Source: a virus
Strand: one strand, 5' to 3'
Length of the DNA stretch: 64,000 bases
IMG/VR virus record: IMGVR_UViG_3300050821_005436
Location: 3,194-67,193 of that record
Below, piece by piece: positions 50,401-57,702 of this stretch (position 1 is the stretch's first letter; every line of letters begins with the position of its first letter). Both the position numbers and the translations under genes were made by a program. Below the pieces are notes generated by a model. The model did no database searches, had not been told where the DNA came from, and saw only the letters and a list, made by a program, of their open reading frames with translations.

Positions 50401-51710
50401 ATAATTTTTAATCCATTTGTGAATTGCACGCCATCTGGGCTAGTATATGTTGTCCTTCCTAGAATTTCATTAGTTACATCAATAATTGCTGATGTAGGAG
50501 TATTAACGATGTTAATAACTCCAAATTGTGTAGCATCATTGCTAGTTTGATAATACAACTTTTGAAGATTCGCTGTAATGACAGGAATCAATTCGAAAGA
50601 ATTATCATAATTCGTGCTTCTAGTAAACTCTCTGTTAGCGTAAGTATCACCCTCAAGGACGTGAACCTTTTGTCCAATTGGTACTACATTTAGTGGTGAT
50701 AAGCGAATATAATTATTCGTATCCACAGTGAGCAACCAAGTCCCGAATCTTTCAGATGATGGAACTACAGTATGTGTCTGAGTGGATGTCCATGCTGAAT
50801 CAGCATTCGTTTGATTCGAGAAAATGATTATTTTATTATTAACATAGCGAAGGCCATCAATTCCATCGTAATTAGAAATAATAGTATTGAGCGGCATATC
50901 AGCAATTTGCGCATATGTTAAATCTGATGCAATATTAACTGTTGCAGCGACTGTCATGTTGATATAACCATCCTGAGCATCTGCTTGAGGCACAGTGAAT
51001 GTTACCGTCTGAAGTGAGGAGGCGCCATTATTGCTTACACCATCAATTTGTCTAGTAGGAACAGTAGTTAATACAGTATTAAATCCGCTAAGGCCTGGCT
51101 GTGTTTGAATCCAAAAATTTTGAACATCTGTATTTAAAACAAAGGAATATGATCCTCCTCTAGAGAGATTCAGAGTAGGATTTGCATCATTTCCAGTTTG
51201 ATCAAATTGAACATGGTTTGCTTGATTGTTTGACGATACTAAAAATGATTCATTTAATGGAACAGTTACTGTGCTTACATTAACGACTGGAGGACCCTCA
51301 GGAATCCAATAGTATTGGAAGAAGTTTATAAATTTATCTTCATCAATCAATGGGTTGAAGTTATAGTATTCGTTTTCAAACAGTCTAGAATGATTGTTAG
51401 TAGGAACGTTATAGTTCGCTAACTTATTAATCAAGTCAGGATAAGTGGTAACTGATGATACTAAACCAATGGTTTTGTCTGTAATAACAAGACTAGGTTC
51501 TAATTGATAATTAGTTCTGTCCGTTGTTGTTTCGACAACATATCCATCACCTTGCTTCCATGTTGGTGTAAATGTTCTACCTACAAAAGCACTAATCTTT
51601 TGTAGTTGTGGTTCCGTAGTTAATTTATCTAGGGTTGATCCTAAAAATTTTCTGTTTGTATCAGTGCGGAAAATACCTGGGAGAAAGTCTAAACTGCGCA
51701 ATGTAGCCAT
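38433..51710 (-). CDS. Giant (4425 aa) baseplate wedge protein, gp7-like position, with beta-propeller (FG-GAP-like) repeats
   Basis: Follows gp6; repeated FG....VGAP motifs, Ig-like DG.T..F repeats, YLNEVLPYHT motif near the C-terminal third. Confidence 0.7.
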   Translation of the reverse strand: MATLRSLDFLPGIFRTDTNRKFLGSTLDKLTTEPQLQKISAFVGRTFTPTWKQGDGYVVETTTDRTNYQLEPSLVITDKTIGLVSSVTTYPDLINKLANYNVPTNNHSRLFENEYYNFNPLIDEDKFINFFQYYWIPEGPPVVNVSTVTVPLNESFLVSSNNQANHVQFDQTGNDANPTLNLSRGGSYSFVLNTDVQNFWIQTQPGLSGFNTVLTTVPTRQIDGVSNNGASSLQTVTFTVPQADAQDGYINMTVAATVNIASDLTYAQIADMPLNTIISNYDGIDGLRYVNNKIIIFSNQTNADSAWTSTQTHTVVPSSERFGTWLLTVDTNNYIRLSPLNVVPIGQKVHVLEGDTYANREFTRSTNYDNSFELIPVITANLQKLYYQTSNDATQFGVINIVNTPTSAIIDVTNEILGRTTYTSPDGVQFTNGLKIIFGDDVSPSNYQFNAYYVEGVGQSIELVPVNTLVTPEAYANTVIGLTEPDYLTMQRSSEDRNPWARSNRWFHVDVLQSAANYNSTSLVLDPTKRAVRPIVEFEKNYQLVNSGSSFFDVINLIDFSVTDPFSQVEGKLGFYVDRVNLTNGIKVIFAAATDPTVRKTVYEAQLITVTAGSNPQLNLTPVEVAEEGQNIIISEGFSYAGVSMHYDGTNWVSNQEKFSVNQPILFDVFDTNGNSFTDQALYPGTTFIGTKIFGYTIGSGNPDSALGFPITHRTFNNVGDIQFTNFFDTDTFSYLSNGLTITKNINIGFLHKTNSAEVLGYDLRNVWSTAIEDSKQYQHFTYTYTGGATQFAIDITPQISTLVENMLLYVNDLFVENDLYSIEQLDAGLFVVLNVILTAGDKVDIFIYSQESTSIGYYEIPDNLEDNAQNATIGTVTLGQYRNHISEQFISATQSLGIIPGLAVANYSPAVVDTSDTTQITSDTAIVTSDNVSQFSSQKTNVFAFAENTQNQILTSDTTLFDADTMLYSSDNVSSPNLTYGGTGVETQNLRDFPNIYKYKGKIIQNSAGLQYAELFLLNNNYNFVNAIRQARYEYNTFKIKFLQAAITIGDIDQLTAPVAIDTIMKYINANKDISFPYYYSDMIPYGTTGVTTTYNISNPTQLNYNISAIFDPTALSNRAVLVYHNGTQLVKGINYQFSKTNAVIEFNNIVFAAGDVIDIVDYSSTDGSLVPETPTKLGLYPSFVPQITLDDTYQTPMNVIIGHDGSYTPSFGDFRDQLLLELELRIYNNIKTTYTNKLDINAIIPGKFRTTDYSIAEINQILSGEFLTWAGINKVDYTDNKWFQNSNAFTWNYSSFLDKDSKALSGYWRGIYEYFYDTTHPDSRPWEMLGFSQIPSWWISQYGPAPYTKGNTLLWQDLEAGYIAGGNNIGINPLYARPGLSKYIPVDLAGNLLPPTQVITKNFDSTLADANYSFGDIAPPEYSWRSSSEYPFSLQILAALAKPAKYFGLLIDNGYQKNSSLNQFLFTDNERFKQIDVSLNGTTLNGSIVRQASYTNWIADYIRTQGINPSITLLSDINAMTIQLAYKMGAFTDQNYLNVILEQNTPAVTTQGILVPVDNYSVSLIKSAPITTATYSAVIVELTSAGYSVRGYDTTAPFFNIVPSISSGNSVTISQAGATATIYQDYDPVLMSVAYGSTFTTKQQLVDFLVSYQRYLNAVGFNFSDRSSALNQQQDWYLSANEFLSWSQQGWDLGSAIVLSPVANKLQLLSTLSVADSLQDNAFGARILDLNFNVVDNTRYTILRDSSASPNIFAVEVVDGTTIGLLTVNLVQWEHVLVFDNITSFNDIIYQPVTSDRQFRVKLNGYKTTDWNGSLSTPGFFINQNNVQEWNPNATYNTNDLVSFKGVFYTAKQIVYPSSTFNFNVWQQIDSTVIKTGLIPNFANTAQQYQNFYNVDYVNFNDQADEHAKGLIGFRPRTYLTDLDVESSSQIKFYQGFIKQKGTTTAVDAFTRANFGNLSSNVELFEEWAIRVGSFGATQTKLDVEVQLNSATFTGNPQIIEFNPTVVDTSDSVVPAVSYAPSELYSAPLDWNSVPFIIGPGTPVEQQLPTAGYVRPSDVDAIIFDITDISSIDNVIPNIGSGYTIWTAKDFSNDWNVFRVSETGVTCETVSNALDGLIQLSFAQYHQFTVGQIIALKNFSTAFDGFYQVLQVVDLQNILVAYSASLTGFIQATGTGLVFTLQSVRFTVASDMSSFTPINAWLDGDMTWVDNYQNLGQWAVLQKQSPFDFTNYLSRFTTNIGANFGSSIAASSTNNFVLVGAPGQGFNANGGTLALFVKSNTGSLVPAQELEITSTQIANLGQKVINTPVGWIASAPGSRSGTGYVYAGIIKNAGFVITQTIVAPDFGVLSNFGGSICASSDGSYLFIGAPNVNEVYVYGLVQGAAYNQITLIADNVTTTFALGFTPISINSLNVLDNSGLIAYVPNIDYTISGTNIVFNVAPTTNVIVTQPTQFYNYISTITTADSALNDMFGFDLTCNALGNRLYVSAPNNVGNSHEFKAGAVYCFARSGQQFVMDGSTTVVVPTLPISNNVTVTIDGVYQPSNIFNPNTYNVIINTSNNTIVFLNAPAAGSIVKVVYGNFNQIQKLGGNTTQQTVNFGQSIAYDDFSGNLIVGAPNETDEAIYYSGAAYRYIDAGSSTGTLSSVTNPTLIAGDIISINGFYVTVTNATLSGFATNINSAKITGITASALNNMLVITSSSAAVSNKLAIGPVLGNTYKNLGFAPIQQIQQITNPIITSNARFGYKVAIQAGGTEMMVGSPFASTYEDTTFDTKTTTFDKTTTHFVDGIPSGSVFVFELEPDIDGSNLGKYVEVQQLVSGVQVSGDLFGSAIDSSGTDIFVGSPNAFDRNPQAGTVQQYVNSSGTLGWEVLRSQSSPIIPNPVNKMFVYSKQTNTILQNIETVDPLFGMIPGEAKQNIDFSASVDPAVYEVVQNTESGLILNPLAPWGKEQVGMVWWDLDTVRFVDYKQGDLAYRAANWASLMPGSSIDVYEWVSTIYLPSQYVSQVGDGVPKHADDSVYSSQITYDSITGNQVITYFYWVKNKTSINVTSPKTLPVNSVAQIIANPQAQGIEFAAILDTNALALYNVINTVSSDDTILHIEYNNAVSNNLIHNEYQLVQNGNVSSHIPPQIISKLTDSLVGVDKLGNNVPDSTLPVSEKYGIGLRPIQSMVIDRLTGLKVLVQYVNSVCAVNQIAFSKNLSSIKQFDPIPPATSNNGVVNYNQTVPNYETLTFLPIAALPVGYKVLVTNDFNFNGFWAIYAKTKSNVWVAVQMQSYDTRQFWQYVTWYSPDYNPASTPDFVVDTLVDIAFLTTVKSGDIIKINDNGSGDSEIVLFNSVGNYTTLAIDNATIQFDSSLYDFIDNQLGWDNQRFDVQSFDKFPVQETRNIINCIFNNIFVDDLAINANSLFFRMVNYILSEQKWVDWIFKTSFVSILHQIRELSQVPSYQIDNQTYFQDYLNEVLPYHTVIRDYVLDYTWQDTYLGDVTDFDLPPYFDSSLGYYRSPNGTQPNDQFLLDTKPQYEMWNNYHLSKNLLSIELINGGSGFISTPTVYVTGGGGIGATAIAIMNGSAVASIEILSEGINYVTAPTITISGGGGVGATAIAIIGNNLIRSFDLTMKFDRISYNTNVVPWTPNTRFTTNQIITFNGLVYGVNVNFNGSVDDSLVSDDNTLISSDETEGSFVSGNTFDATYLFLLNDSSYTNANDRIAALYDPTSGMPGDFLNQVQAGIDYPGVKMTGLTYEQTPVWDVGGFDSEPFDATKIGPEGFPVPSDSLYDVEVSSLYTDSELGIRPADIIVDGGAYIDAFASHAPEELVPGSVFDTLDFKVVTNDPTVNSTNPKGVPVELFSYPGTGFTQTYSYAATNLLGDNVLVFTQNGGMQIPGVNYTISFNSKTITFKFPLAASDNVYIYVIDDAGGNQIFAETFILTGNTNVIELNAPYAEVLDSLVLFNGLTTSAYTLSAAPDGRNTLLTITAAALNGLNVHVHLYSTHLTRAEVHVQEVVIAGPITAGSYVINMDRTIFNAGPIGGSIIVNRNGNRLIPTNTAYYTGDGTTTIFASQGTQNINPATVQPGDFDIWINNVPYFSSSYTILPPSGTNPRQIQFHTAPPVGAQISIGVNTGAQYVMTGGSPIGNNQFTINSSEVTLVPGDIISIISVQCDDLESIRTQVFMGGQIIGASTLNGFSAAPYDTAGFDAPSTVELIVPNYALSRPAANLNYLIVTFNGRRLIPYSDFSLLTPSIITLSSKLNVQPTDIVVITSLTEIVQQSPIGFRMFKDMRDNWSYLRLSQANTTTLVQALHITDTEIFVKDVSTLGIPNVEILIPGVIFIGGERITYWQIDKANNALLQIRRGTAGTGATQTTIPVGTLVEDASMGQEIPNAAGVTWYAPGATTPSNGQSLINAETTQAIFLKEQPTFYIG

Positions 51711-51739
51711 AGGTTTATCAAGTTAATATCTGTTAAAGA

Positions 51740-51745
51740 TATTTA
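51740..51745 (-). promoter_or_regulatory. Late promoter core for the giant gene
   Basis: caTAAATAtc on the minus strand, directly after the terminator. Confidence 0.65.
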
Positions 51746-51751
51746 TGCCAT

Positions 51752-51788
51752 AAAAAAGCCCACTTTTTGAATCTGTGGGCTTCTTTTT
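51752..51788 (-). terminator. Rho-independent terminator after gp6
   Basis: AAGCCCAC/GTGGGCTT inverted repeat flanked by A6 and T-rich tracts. Confidence 0.8.
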
Positions 51789-51805
51789 AGATTTACTAAG
51801 TGAAT

Positions 51806-54800
51806 TTAACTAAAAATAACATTACTAGCTTTGATTTGACTTGCTGTTATAGAAGAAATAATTTGAACATTTGCCACAGTTGCTGCTGAAATTAAAATTT
51901 CATTGAAGTTTGCATTTACTTGCATCAAACTACCAAATGATTGATTATTTGCTGCAGGAACTAACAAAACTGAGCTAATTTCTGATGCTAACTGTGTGTG
52001 TAAATATGCCGCCAAATCAGAATAATAAAATGTCTGGCCAAAATCCCAATTGCTTATAGAGAAATAATTATTAATAGCACCAATGATGCTAGTCTGTACT
52101 TCATTCGGCGTAGCATTTGTAGAAGGGTTCATAACTACTAGGAAATTCGCTTGCAATGACGGATCTGCCTTAGATCCAAATAATGGCTTATACACTGCAC
52201 TATTAAAGATCAGTTCATCACTTATCATCTTAAAATTATTCAACGAACTATATGCATCAAATAATTCGTCTGTTGTGGGAGCACTAGGTTCCGTCACTGT
52301 TCCTGTGGTGTCTTGAATCCAATTTCTAAAGGCTGTATCGAATGATTGAGTGAGCAAATAGATGTCAATCAAATTCATAGGGCTAGGATCAATGCGTCTA
52401 TTGCCTGGCGCATTATGTTTGTATTGGAAATACAAACCATAACGACCTACCCTAGTGATATAATTTGTTACAATATTCAATGTAGTTGCCGTGAATAATC
52501 CTGTTACTGAATTTATTGTATTTGCAGATTGATAAAACACTCCTTCACTAGTAGCATAAAATACTGTTCCTATTGCGAAGGTATTTACTGCCGATTTGAT
52601 TTGTGCTTGAGTTGCATATGCATTAATGATTACGCCTGGAGCGACTGGAGTATATTTAATATATCCACCGTAAGTAGTAGATTGCTTAAAAAACACAATT
52701 TTGTTATTGACATTTACCGTAGGATTTACTATGTTTATAAAAAAATCAGGATTATCAGGAGCACCATTACCATTTATGCTACTGAATGTCACCTTAACTC
52801 TGTTCGGATCGACAAAACCATCACTTGCCGTAATTGAGTTTAATACTGAGCATGAGATATCATTCGGGAATCCAACTGAAGTGTCAGGCTGCGCATTAAT
52901 TTTCAATACATTGATTGTATCTGCAACTACTTGACCTGTAGATGAATCATATACTTTTGCTAGTGGATCAAAATAAAATGTTGTTTCACTAACACTTTCA
53001 AAGATATAAGCTAATCCACGATAAAATGCATTATAACCAGTTGATGTTGGTTGAAACCAAATTAACCAACTGTTGTCTAAATTTTGATTTGATGTGTCTC
53101 CTGCAAATTGCAATGAAAATGGCGTGGTTGTGTTCAAATTTTGAGAATTTATAATCACTAGGGAACCAGTAGAAACATCGTATCTGATACCAAAAGTAAC
53201 ATTAGTAATAAAATTAGTTAGCATAGTCTTGCTAAGCGATGACGAAATTTGAAATTGATATTGAGGAATAATAGAAGTGACAATTGCGTTAGTCGGCAAT
53301 ACGCCATCGATTACAACAGGCCCGAATCCTGTAGATAAAATGCCTGTTCCGTTAGCAGTTCCATCTCCAGTAACTGCTCCTATTTGAAAATACAATACAG
53401 TTGAATCACCTGGATTCACCGGAGAGCCACTAGTCAGCAAACCTGCAGTTGAAAAATAAAATCCTGTGGGCGCAGTAAATTTAAGTAATGATCCTTGAGT
53501 AATATATTTGTTATTTGTTTGAGAAAAACTTCCCAACTCAACAATTTTTCCAGTAGAATCTGTGAAATATCCTGTCGTATTACTAGTCGTTGCAGTCACT
53601 TGATTCCAAGTCAATGCAGAGGAAAATCTAGGAAAATTTGCATAGAAAAATTGGAGCATTTCTGGACCTTCTAGTGCTTCTTGAATTTCACCTGTAATAA
53701 TGTTGTTGATATCATTATTGTTAGTAAAACTAAATGCAAAAGATTGATCATCTTCTTCTTCGTATATGATGCCATCATCACAAAACACATTAGTGCTACT
53801 ATATGTTCCTGTCACATCGATTACATCAATGAATCTACTAATGCCGCTAGACACACGATTAACAGCTTTGGCTTTTACAATTGTGCTGAAGGATGTGTAT
53901 GGTAAAATGTTATAATCTTCACCATTCACCATTCGATTTTGTGTATAATACTGCTGCGGAGCTTTTAGTTTAATATCTGCTAATGATTCGCGACTAGTTG
54001 CAGTAGAAACTGTGTATTGTAGGCTAGCAGTCACCGTCATCGTTTCTATTCTACCTAGCCTACTAATATAATTGACAGGCACAACAATTCGTTGCATTTC
54101 AGTAGGGCTAATAACATATGTTAAACCGTTGCTAATACGATAGTAGACTCTAAACGTTCCTTGGGGAATATTCGCAAAAACACCATCACCAAATACTAAA
54201 TCAACCTGATCATTTGCTCTAGAAACAACTTGATAGATATTTCTATTTGTCGCAGCGATACTGTTAAACGCAATATTCACTCCAGAAACTGCAGGGACTT
54301 GCTTCCACAGTGTGGATGGATTATTATTTGCATCAAGTTGATACAACCAAATGTCTGTATTATTGATATTATCAAAATTTACGCTAATGACACGATTAGT
54401 CAAAACTTCAGTGATATTAAAATCTTGATATGCAAGGGTTCCTTGTGTAAATCTGACAAAGAAACCTGTATTAGGACTTGTGTTTCCTGCATTATCATTT
54501 TGATAAAATAATGAGAATGGTGCGCCTGGAGTCGGATTCACTTCTGCTATAGTTCCAGAATTTATATCTGTTCCTGTCACTTCAAACGATGTATTAGTTC
54601 CATTGACTTTATTTTGAAACGAAAACACAGGTAATACGTTTGACAACGAATTCACTTGATATACATTTGTAGAAATGTTATTTACTAGATTAGTGGCAGC
54701 AGGGGTGCCAACTTTTTGTGCGGGTGAAAATGATGCATTCAAAATCGAATTAAACTGTTCTTGCCAATTAAGATTCGATGCATCATTCCAATTTACTGAA

Positions 54801-55207
54801 ATGTTTGCGATATTGTTCCCTAAACTATCAATGACACTTTCCGTTGTTGATAGTGAAACTATTTTCATCTGTCCGTTTGCAGGAATATTTCTACTTGAAT
54901 TGTAGCTTACCAGGCGCGCCAATTTCAAGATGCTGTCTCTACGTTCAGCAGTATCAATAAAATTTTCTCGTGAATTTAAATCTCCACGGAATGCTAAATT
55001 CTGACCGAAAAATGCGATCAATTCAATTAATGCGATATATTCACTGCTATCAATGAAGTCATTGAAATTTTCTGCATAGTTCAAGCGCAGATAATCGATC
55101 ATCGCTTTTCTGATAGTTTGAAAGTCATATGATTGAAAATCAGCCTTACTAAAGGCTTGATAGATTTTCGTCCAGTCATTTACTGCTTGTAGATTTTGTG
55201 AGGCCAT
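51806..55207 (-). CDS. gp6: Baseplate wedge subunit, T4 gp6-like
   Basis: DFQSYDF, ENFIDTAERRDSILKLARLVSY, LVFGDG, ESLADIK..AP..YYTQNRMVNGEDY. Confidence 0.85.
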   Translation of the reverse strand: MASQNLQAVNDWTKIYQAFSKADFQSYDFQTIRKAMIDYLRLNYAENFNDFIDSSEYIALIELIAFFGQNLAFRGDLNSRENFIDTAERRDSILKLARLVSYNSSRNIPANGQMKIVSLSTTESVIDSLGNNIANISVNWNDASNLNWQEQFNSILNASFSPAQKVGTPAATNLVNNISTNVYQVNSLSNVLPVFSFQNKVNGTNTSFEVTGTDINSGTIAEVNPTPGAPFSLFYQNDNAGNTSPNTGFFVRFTQGTLAYQDFNITEVLTNRVISVNFDNINNTDIWLYQLDANNNPSTLWKQVPAVSGVNIAFNSIAATNRNIYQVVSRANDQVDLVFGDGVFANIPQGTFRVYYRISNGLTYVISPTEMQRIVVPVNYISRLGRIETMTVTASLQYTVSTATSRESLADIKLKAPQQYYTQNRMVNGEDYNILPYTSFSTIVKAKAVNRVSSGISRFIDVIDVTGTYSSTNVFCDDGIIYEEEDDQSFAFSFTNNNDINNIITGEIQEALEGPEMLQFFYANFPRFSSALTWNQVTATTSNTTGYFTDSTGKIVELGSFSQTNNKYITQGSLLKFTAPTGFYFSTAGLLTSGSPVNPGDSTVLYFQIGAVTGDGTANGTGILSTGFGPVVIDGVLPTNAIVTSIIPQYQFQISSSLSKTMLTNFITNVTFGIRYDVSTGSLVIINSQNLNTTTPFSLQFAGDTSNQNLDNSWLIWFQPTSTGYNAFYRGLAYIFESVSETTFYFDPLAKVYDSSTGQVVADTINVLKINAQPDTSVGFPNDISCSVLNSITASDGFVDPNRVKVTFSSINGNGAPDNPDFFINIVNPTVNVNNKIVFFKQSTTYGGYIKYTPVAPGVIINAYATQAQIKSAVNTFAIGTVFYATSEGVFYQSANTINSVTGLFTATTLNIVTNYITRVGRYGLYFQYKHNAPGNRRIDPSPMNLIDIYLLTQSFDTAFRNWIQDTTGTVTEPSAPTTDELFDAYSSLNNFKMISDELIFNSAVYKPLFGSKADPSLQANFLVVMNPSTNATPNEVQTSIIGAINNYFSISNWDFGQTFYYSDLAAYLHTQLASEISSVLLVPAANNQSFGSLMQVNANFNEILISAATVANVQIISSITASQIKASNVIFS

Positions 55208-55228
55208 GTATTAACCCGATAATATGAA

Positions 55229-55234
55229 TATTTA
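55229..55234 (-). promoter_or_regulatory. Late promoter core
   Basis: gaTAAATAtt on the minus strand, 21 nt upstream of the gp6 ATG. Confidence 0.65.
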
Positions 55235-55260
55235 TCTTGATTCTTTAAGGCTAATTTTAG

Positions 55261-55647
55261 TTAAATTGTGGTTACTGTAGAGAATAATTGCTGATTTTCA
55301 TTATAAAAACTTAGCAACATATTTGCGGTTTGATTTGTGGGTATGTATGTCAATGTGATTGCTAGTTGAATACCTTTGTTAAATTGCGTAACGACGATAT
55401 TTGACAATGAAACACGAGGGTCATTTCCAGCGATGGTCTGAATATCTTTAACCATTGCTGATTTCACATCTTCAGTGAAATTTTCAAATAGTAGATTCCA
55501 AATGATGGTGCCATAATTAGGATTCATTAATTTTTCACCTTTTCGGATGTTAAAATTATTTAGAATATCCCTAATAACTAAATCTATGTCAGACAAAGTA
55601 AATTTCTTTGTCTGACCGATGGTTGAAAAACCTATATAATTTGCCAT
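55261..55647 (-). CDS. gp25: Baseplate wedge subunit gp25-like
   Basis: RKGEKLMNPNYGT.IWNLLFE, DPRV motifs. Confidence 0.9.
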   Translation of the reverse strand: MANYIGFSTIGQTKKFTLSDIDLVIRDILNNFNIRKGEKLMNPNYGTIIWNLLFENFTEDVKSAMVKDIQTIAGNDPRVSLSNIVVTQFNKGIQLAITLTYIPTNQTANMLLSFYNENQQLFSTVTTI

Positions 55648-55652
55648 ACTAA

Positions 55653-55658
55653 TATTTA
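55653..55658 (-). promoter_or_regulatory. Late promoter core, 5 nt before the gp25 ATG
   Basis: gcTAAATAttagtATG; overlaps the gp5 stop. Confidence 0.6.
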
Positions 55659-57692
55659 GCTAGATCCTGTTCCTGTCGTTGATGCAGCACCTAGAACAGT
55701 TACTCCATATTTCCCCTGATTGAAATATTGTGACCCTGTTGTTCCGAAAGCATCTGATCCTGCTCCAGTATTTCTCCACTGGTTTGCACCGCCGGCACCC
55801 AATAGATGTCCAACCTGAAGCATACCTCCTACAGTTCCTGGATCATCTCCAGGTTGAATTGCGCCATTCTTAATCATTGCATTATAGTTGCTTTGAGTGT
55901 AATTTGTCATAACAGTTTCTTGAACATTAGGATTATTCAAGAAATCTTGTGCAGAATTGATTCCGTTATGCCCAGTCCATGCTGATGGATCATTCACTAC
56001 TGCATTGCCTTCAGCATTATATGATGCAGGTGAAATATAGCCTTGACTTACTAATGCTGCTGCTCCCATCTGATACTTTCCTAGAAAATGCCCGTTTGAG
56101 CCACCTTGAACACTATAATTATCTCCGCTTTCATTATATCCTACTTGGGCTAAGTATGCTTGCGTTTGCGCTGTAGATAACGTTCCAAGAGCTTTACTAG
56201 GAATAGGTTGATTTTGTAATACTGATAACGGTGCGCCCTTCTTGACTCCTTTACCTACTTGTGTTTTTACTGCATCTTGTGTTATTGTTTGCCCATTCTT
56301 AGTAACAGGGACAGTTGAGGTAGAACTAGCAACTGGTGCAGTTCCTGCAGGATCTACAGGTCTTTTCCATGGTTCATGCGTAGGAATTTTTTGAGAAACA
56401 GGATCACTTAATGACGGGGCGGATGCTACTGGGGAACCTCCTCCATCATTTAATCCTATATGACTAGCATTAAAATTTAATGTTCCTGGCGATGTAACAT
56501 TTGTTCCTGATCCACTGGACATGTTAAGCTGTGCGCCAGCCTTAAACAATAAATTGCTACCAGTTGTAAAATTAGTATCAGATTTACTATTCGTATATAG
56601 ATTATTTCCTTGTAATTGCAGATTTCCTTTAGCATTTACTTGGAAATTACCGCCAGCGTCGATCCTAACATCTTTATCAAATTTCATGTTTAATGATCCG
56701 TTAGCGTGCAAATTAAAATCTCCTTGCACAAACATGTTAAAATCGCCAACGTTAGTCAGTTCAATCCATACTGTTCCTTTGGCGTTAGCAATATAAACTA
56801 CTCCGCCATTATCATGCATTAAAAATTGGTGTCCAGATGATGACCTCAATCTAAACAATTGATTGTCACCAAACACGTCACCGTCATCCATTACAAATGT
56901 GTGGCCACCTTGACGTGCTGCAACATCAAAATCAGATTGTTGAAATGTTCCATTTTGCAACTTTGCAGCGAATTCAGGGTCTTGTGCTAAGTCGGGGTCG
57001 CGGCGGCCTGGCGAGCTTATTCCAAATACAGCGCCTGGAATATCTCGTTGGCTACTACTTGTAGTTGTCCCTCTAAGTGTATCTTTGTCTAAACCTTGAG
57101 TTTGCAAAATTTGATATTGGACAGTATGTAAAGGATGTGGGTTATTTAAAAAATCTGTTTTCTTCGCTTGTGCATCAATTTTATCATTAAATTCTACTAC
57201 AGGTGCATTGGGTGCTGCATTGTCTGCAACATTAGTGCTTGCGGCAAGGCCAGGCACCATATAATGATTCGTTCCGTCAGGAACACAAGCAAACCAATAA
57301 CCTCTATTTGGGTCGCCATTGACAAACATAACTAATACAACTGTTCCAGGATCAGGTGGCACAAACCACATACCATAACTTTGTTTAGTATAACCGAATT
57401 GATTTTGTTCTGTCTGTTGTGAACTTTTACCTGTATTAGGATTAACTACACCATAAAAAGGAGTAGCATAACTAACTGTTCTCCAAAATGTAGGATCTTC
57501 GGGATTTTGTGTTGAGGTGCTTGTATCATTTGCACCCAATTCTGGGATATACACTTGCAACCGACCATGGCGTGCAGGATCAACCACGTTTTTAACAACT
57601 GCTTCATATGGACCTGCATCAATTCTCACACCAGGTGCAAGATTTCTGTCGTAAATATCATTCTGCTTACGACCAACTCGTTTATCTAACAT
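55656..57692 (-). CDS. gp5: Baseplate central spike gp5-like (OB fold plus beta-helix) with C-terminal lysozyme-like domain
   Basis: DPARHGRLQVYIP, GMWFVPPDPGTVVLV.F.NGD, GH.F.MDD repeats, PTHEPW, then ESGDNY...GKYQMG. Confidence 0.8.
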   Translation of the reverse strand: MLDKRVGRKQNDIYDRNLAPGVRIDAGPYEAVVKNVVDPARHGRLQVYIPELGANDTSTSTQNPEDPTFWRTVSYATPFYGVVNPNTGKSSQQTEQNQFGYTKQSYGMWFVPPDPGTVVLVMFVNGDPNRGYWFACVPDGTNHYMVPGLAASTNVADNAAPNAPVVEFNDKIDAQAKKTDFLNNPHPLHTVQYQILQTQGLDKDTLRGTTTSSSQRDIPGAVFGISSPGRRDPDLAQDPEFAAKLQNGTFQQSDFDVAARQGGHTFVMDDGDVFGDNQLFRLRSSSGHQFLMHDNGGVVYIANAKGTVWIELTNVGDFNMFVQGDFNLHANGSLNMKFDKDVRIDAGGNFQVNAKGNLQLQGNNLYTNSKSDTNFTTGSNLLFKAGAQLNMSSGSGTNVTSPGTLNFNASHIGLNDGGGSPVASAPSLSDPVSQKIPTHEPWKRPVDPAGTAPVASSTSTVPVTKNGQTITQDAVKTQVGKGVKKGAPLSVLQNQPIPSKALGTLSTAQTQAYLAQVGYNESGDNYSVQGGSNGHFLGKYQMGAAALVSQGYISPASYNAEGNAVVNDPSAWTGHNGINSAQDFLNNPNVQETVMTNYTQSNYNAMIKNGAIQPGDDPGTVGGMLQVGHLLGAGGANQWRNTGAGSDAFGTTGSQYFNQGKYGVTVLGAASTTGTGSS

Positions 57693-57702
57693 TGTTTAAC
57701 CT

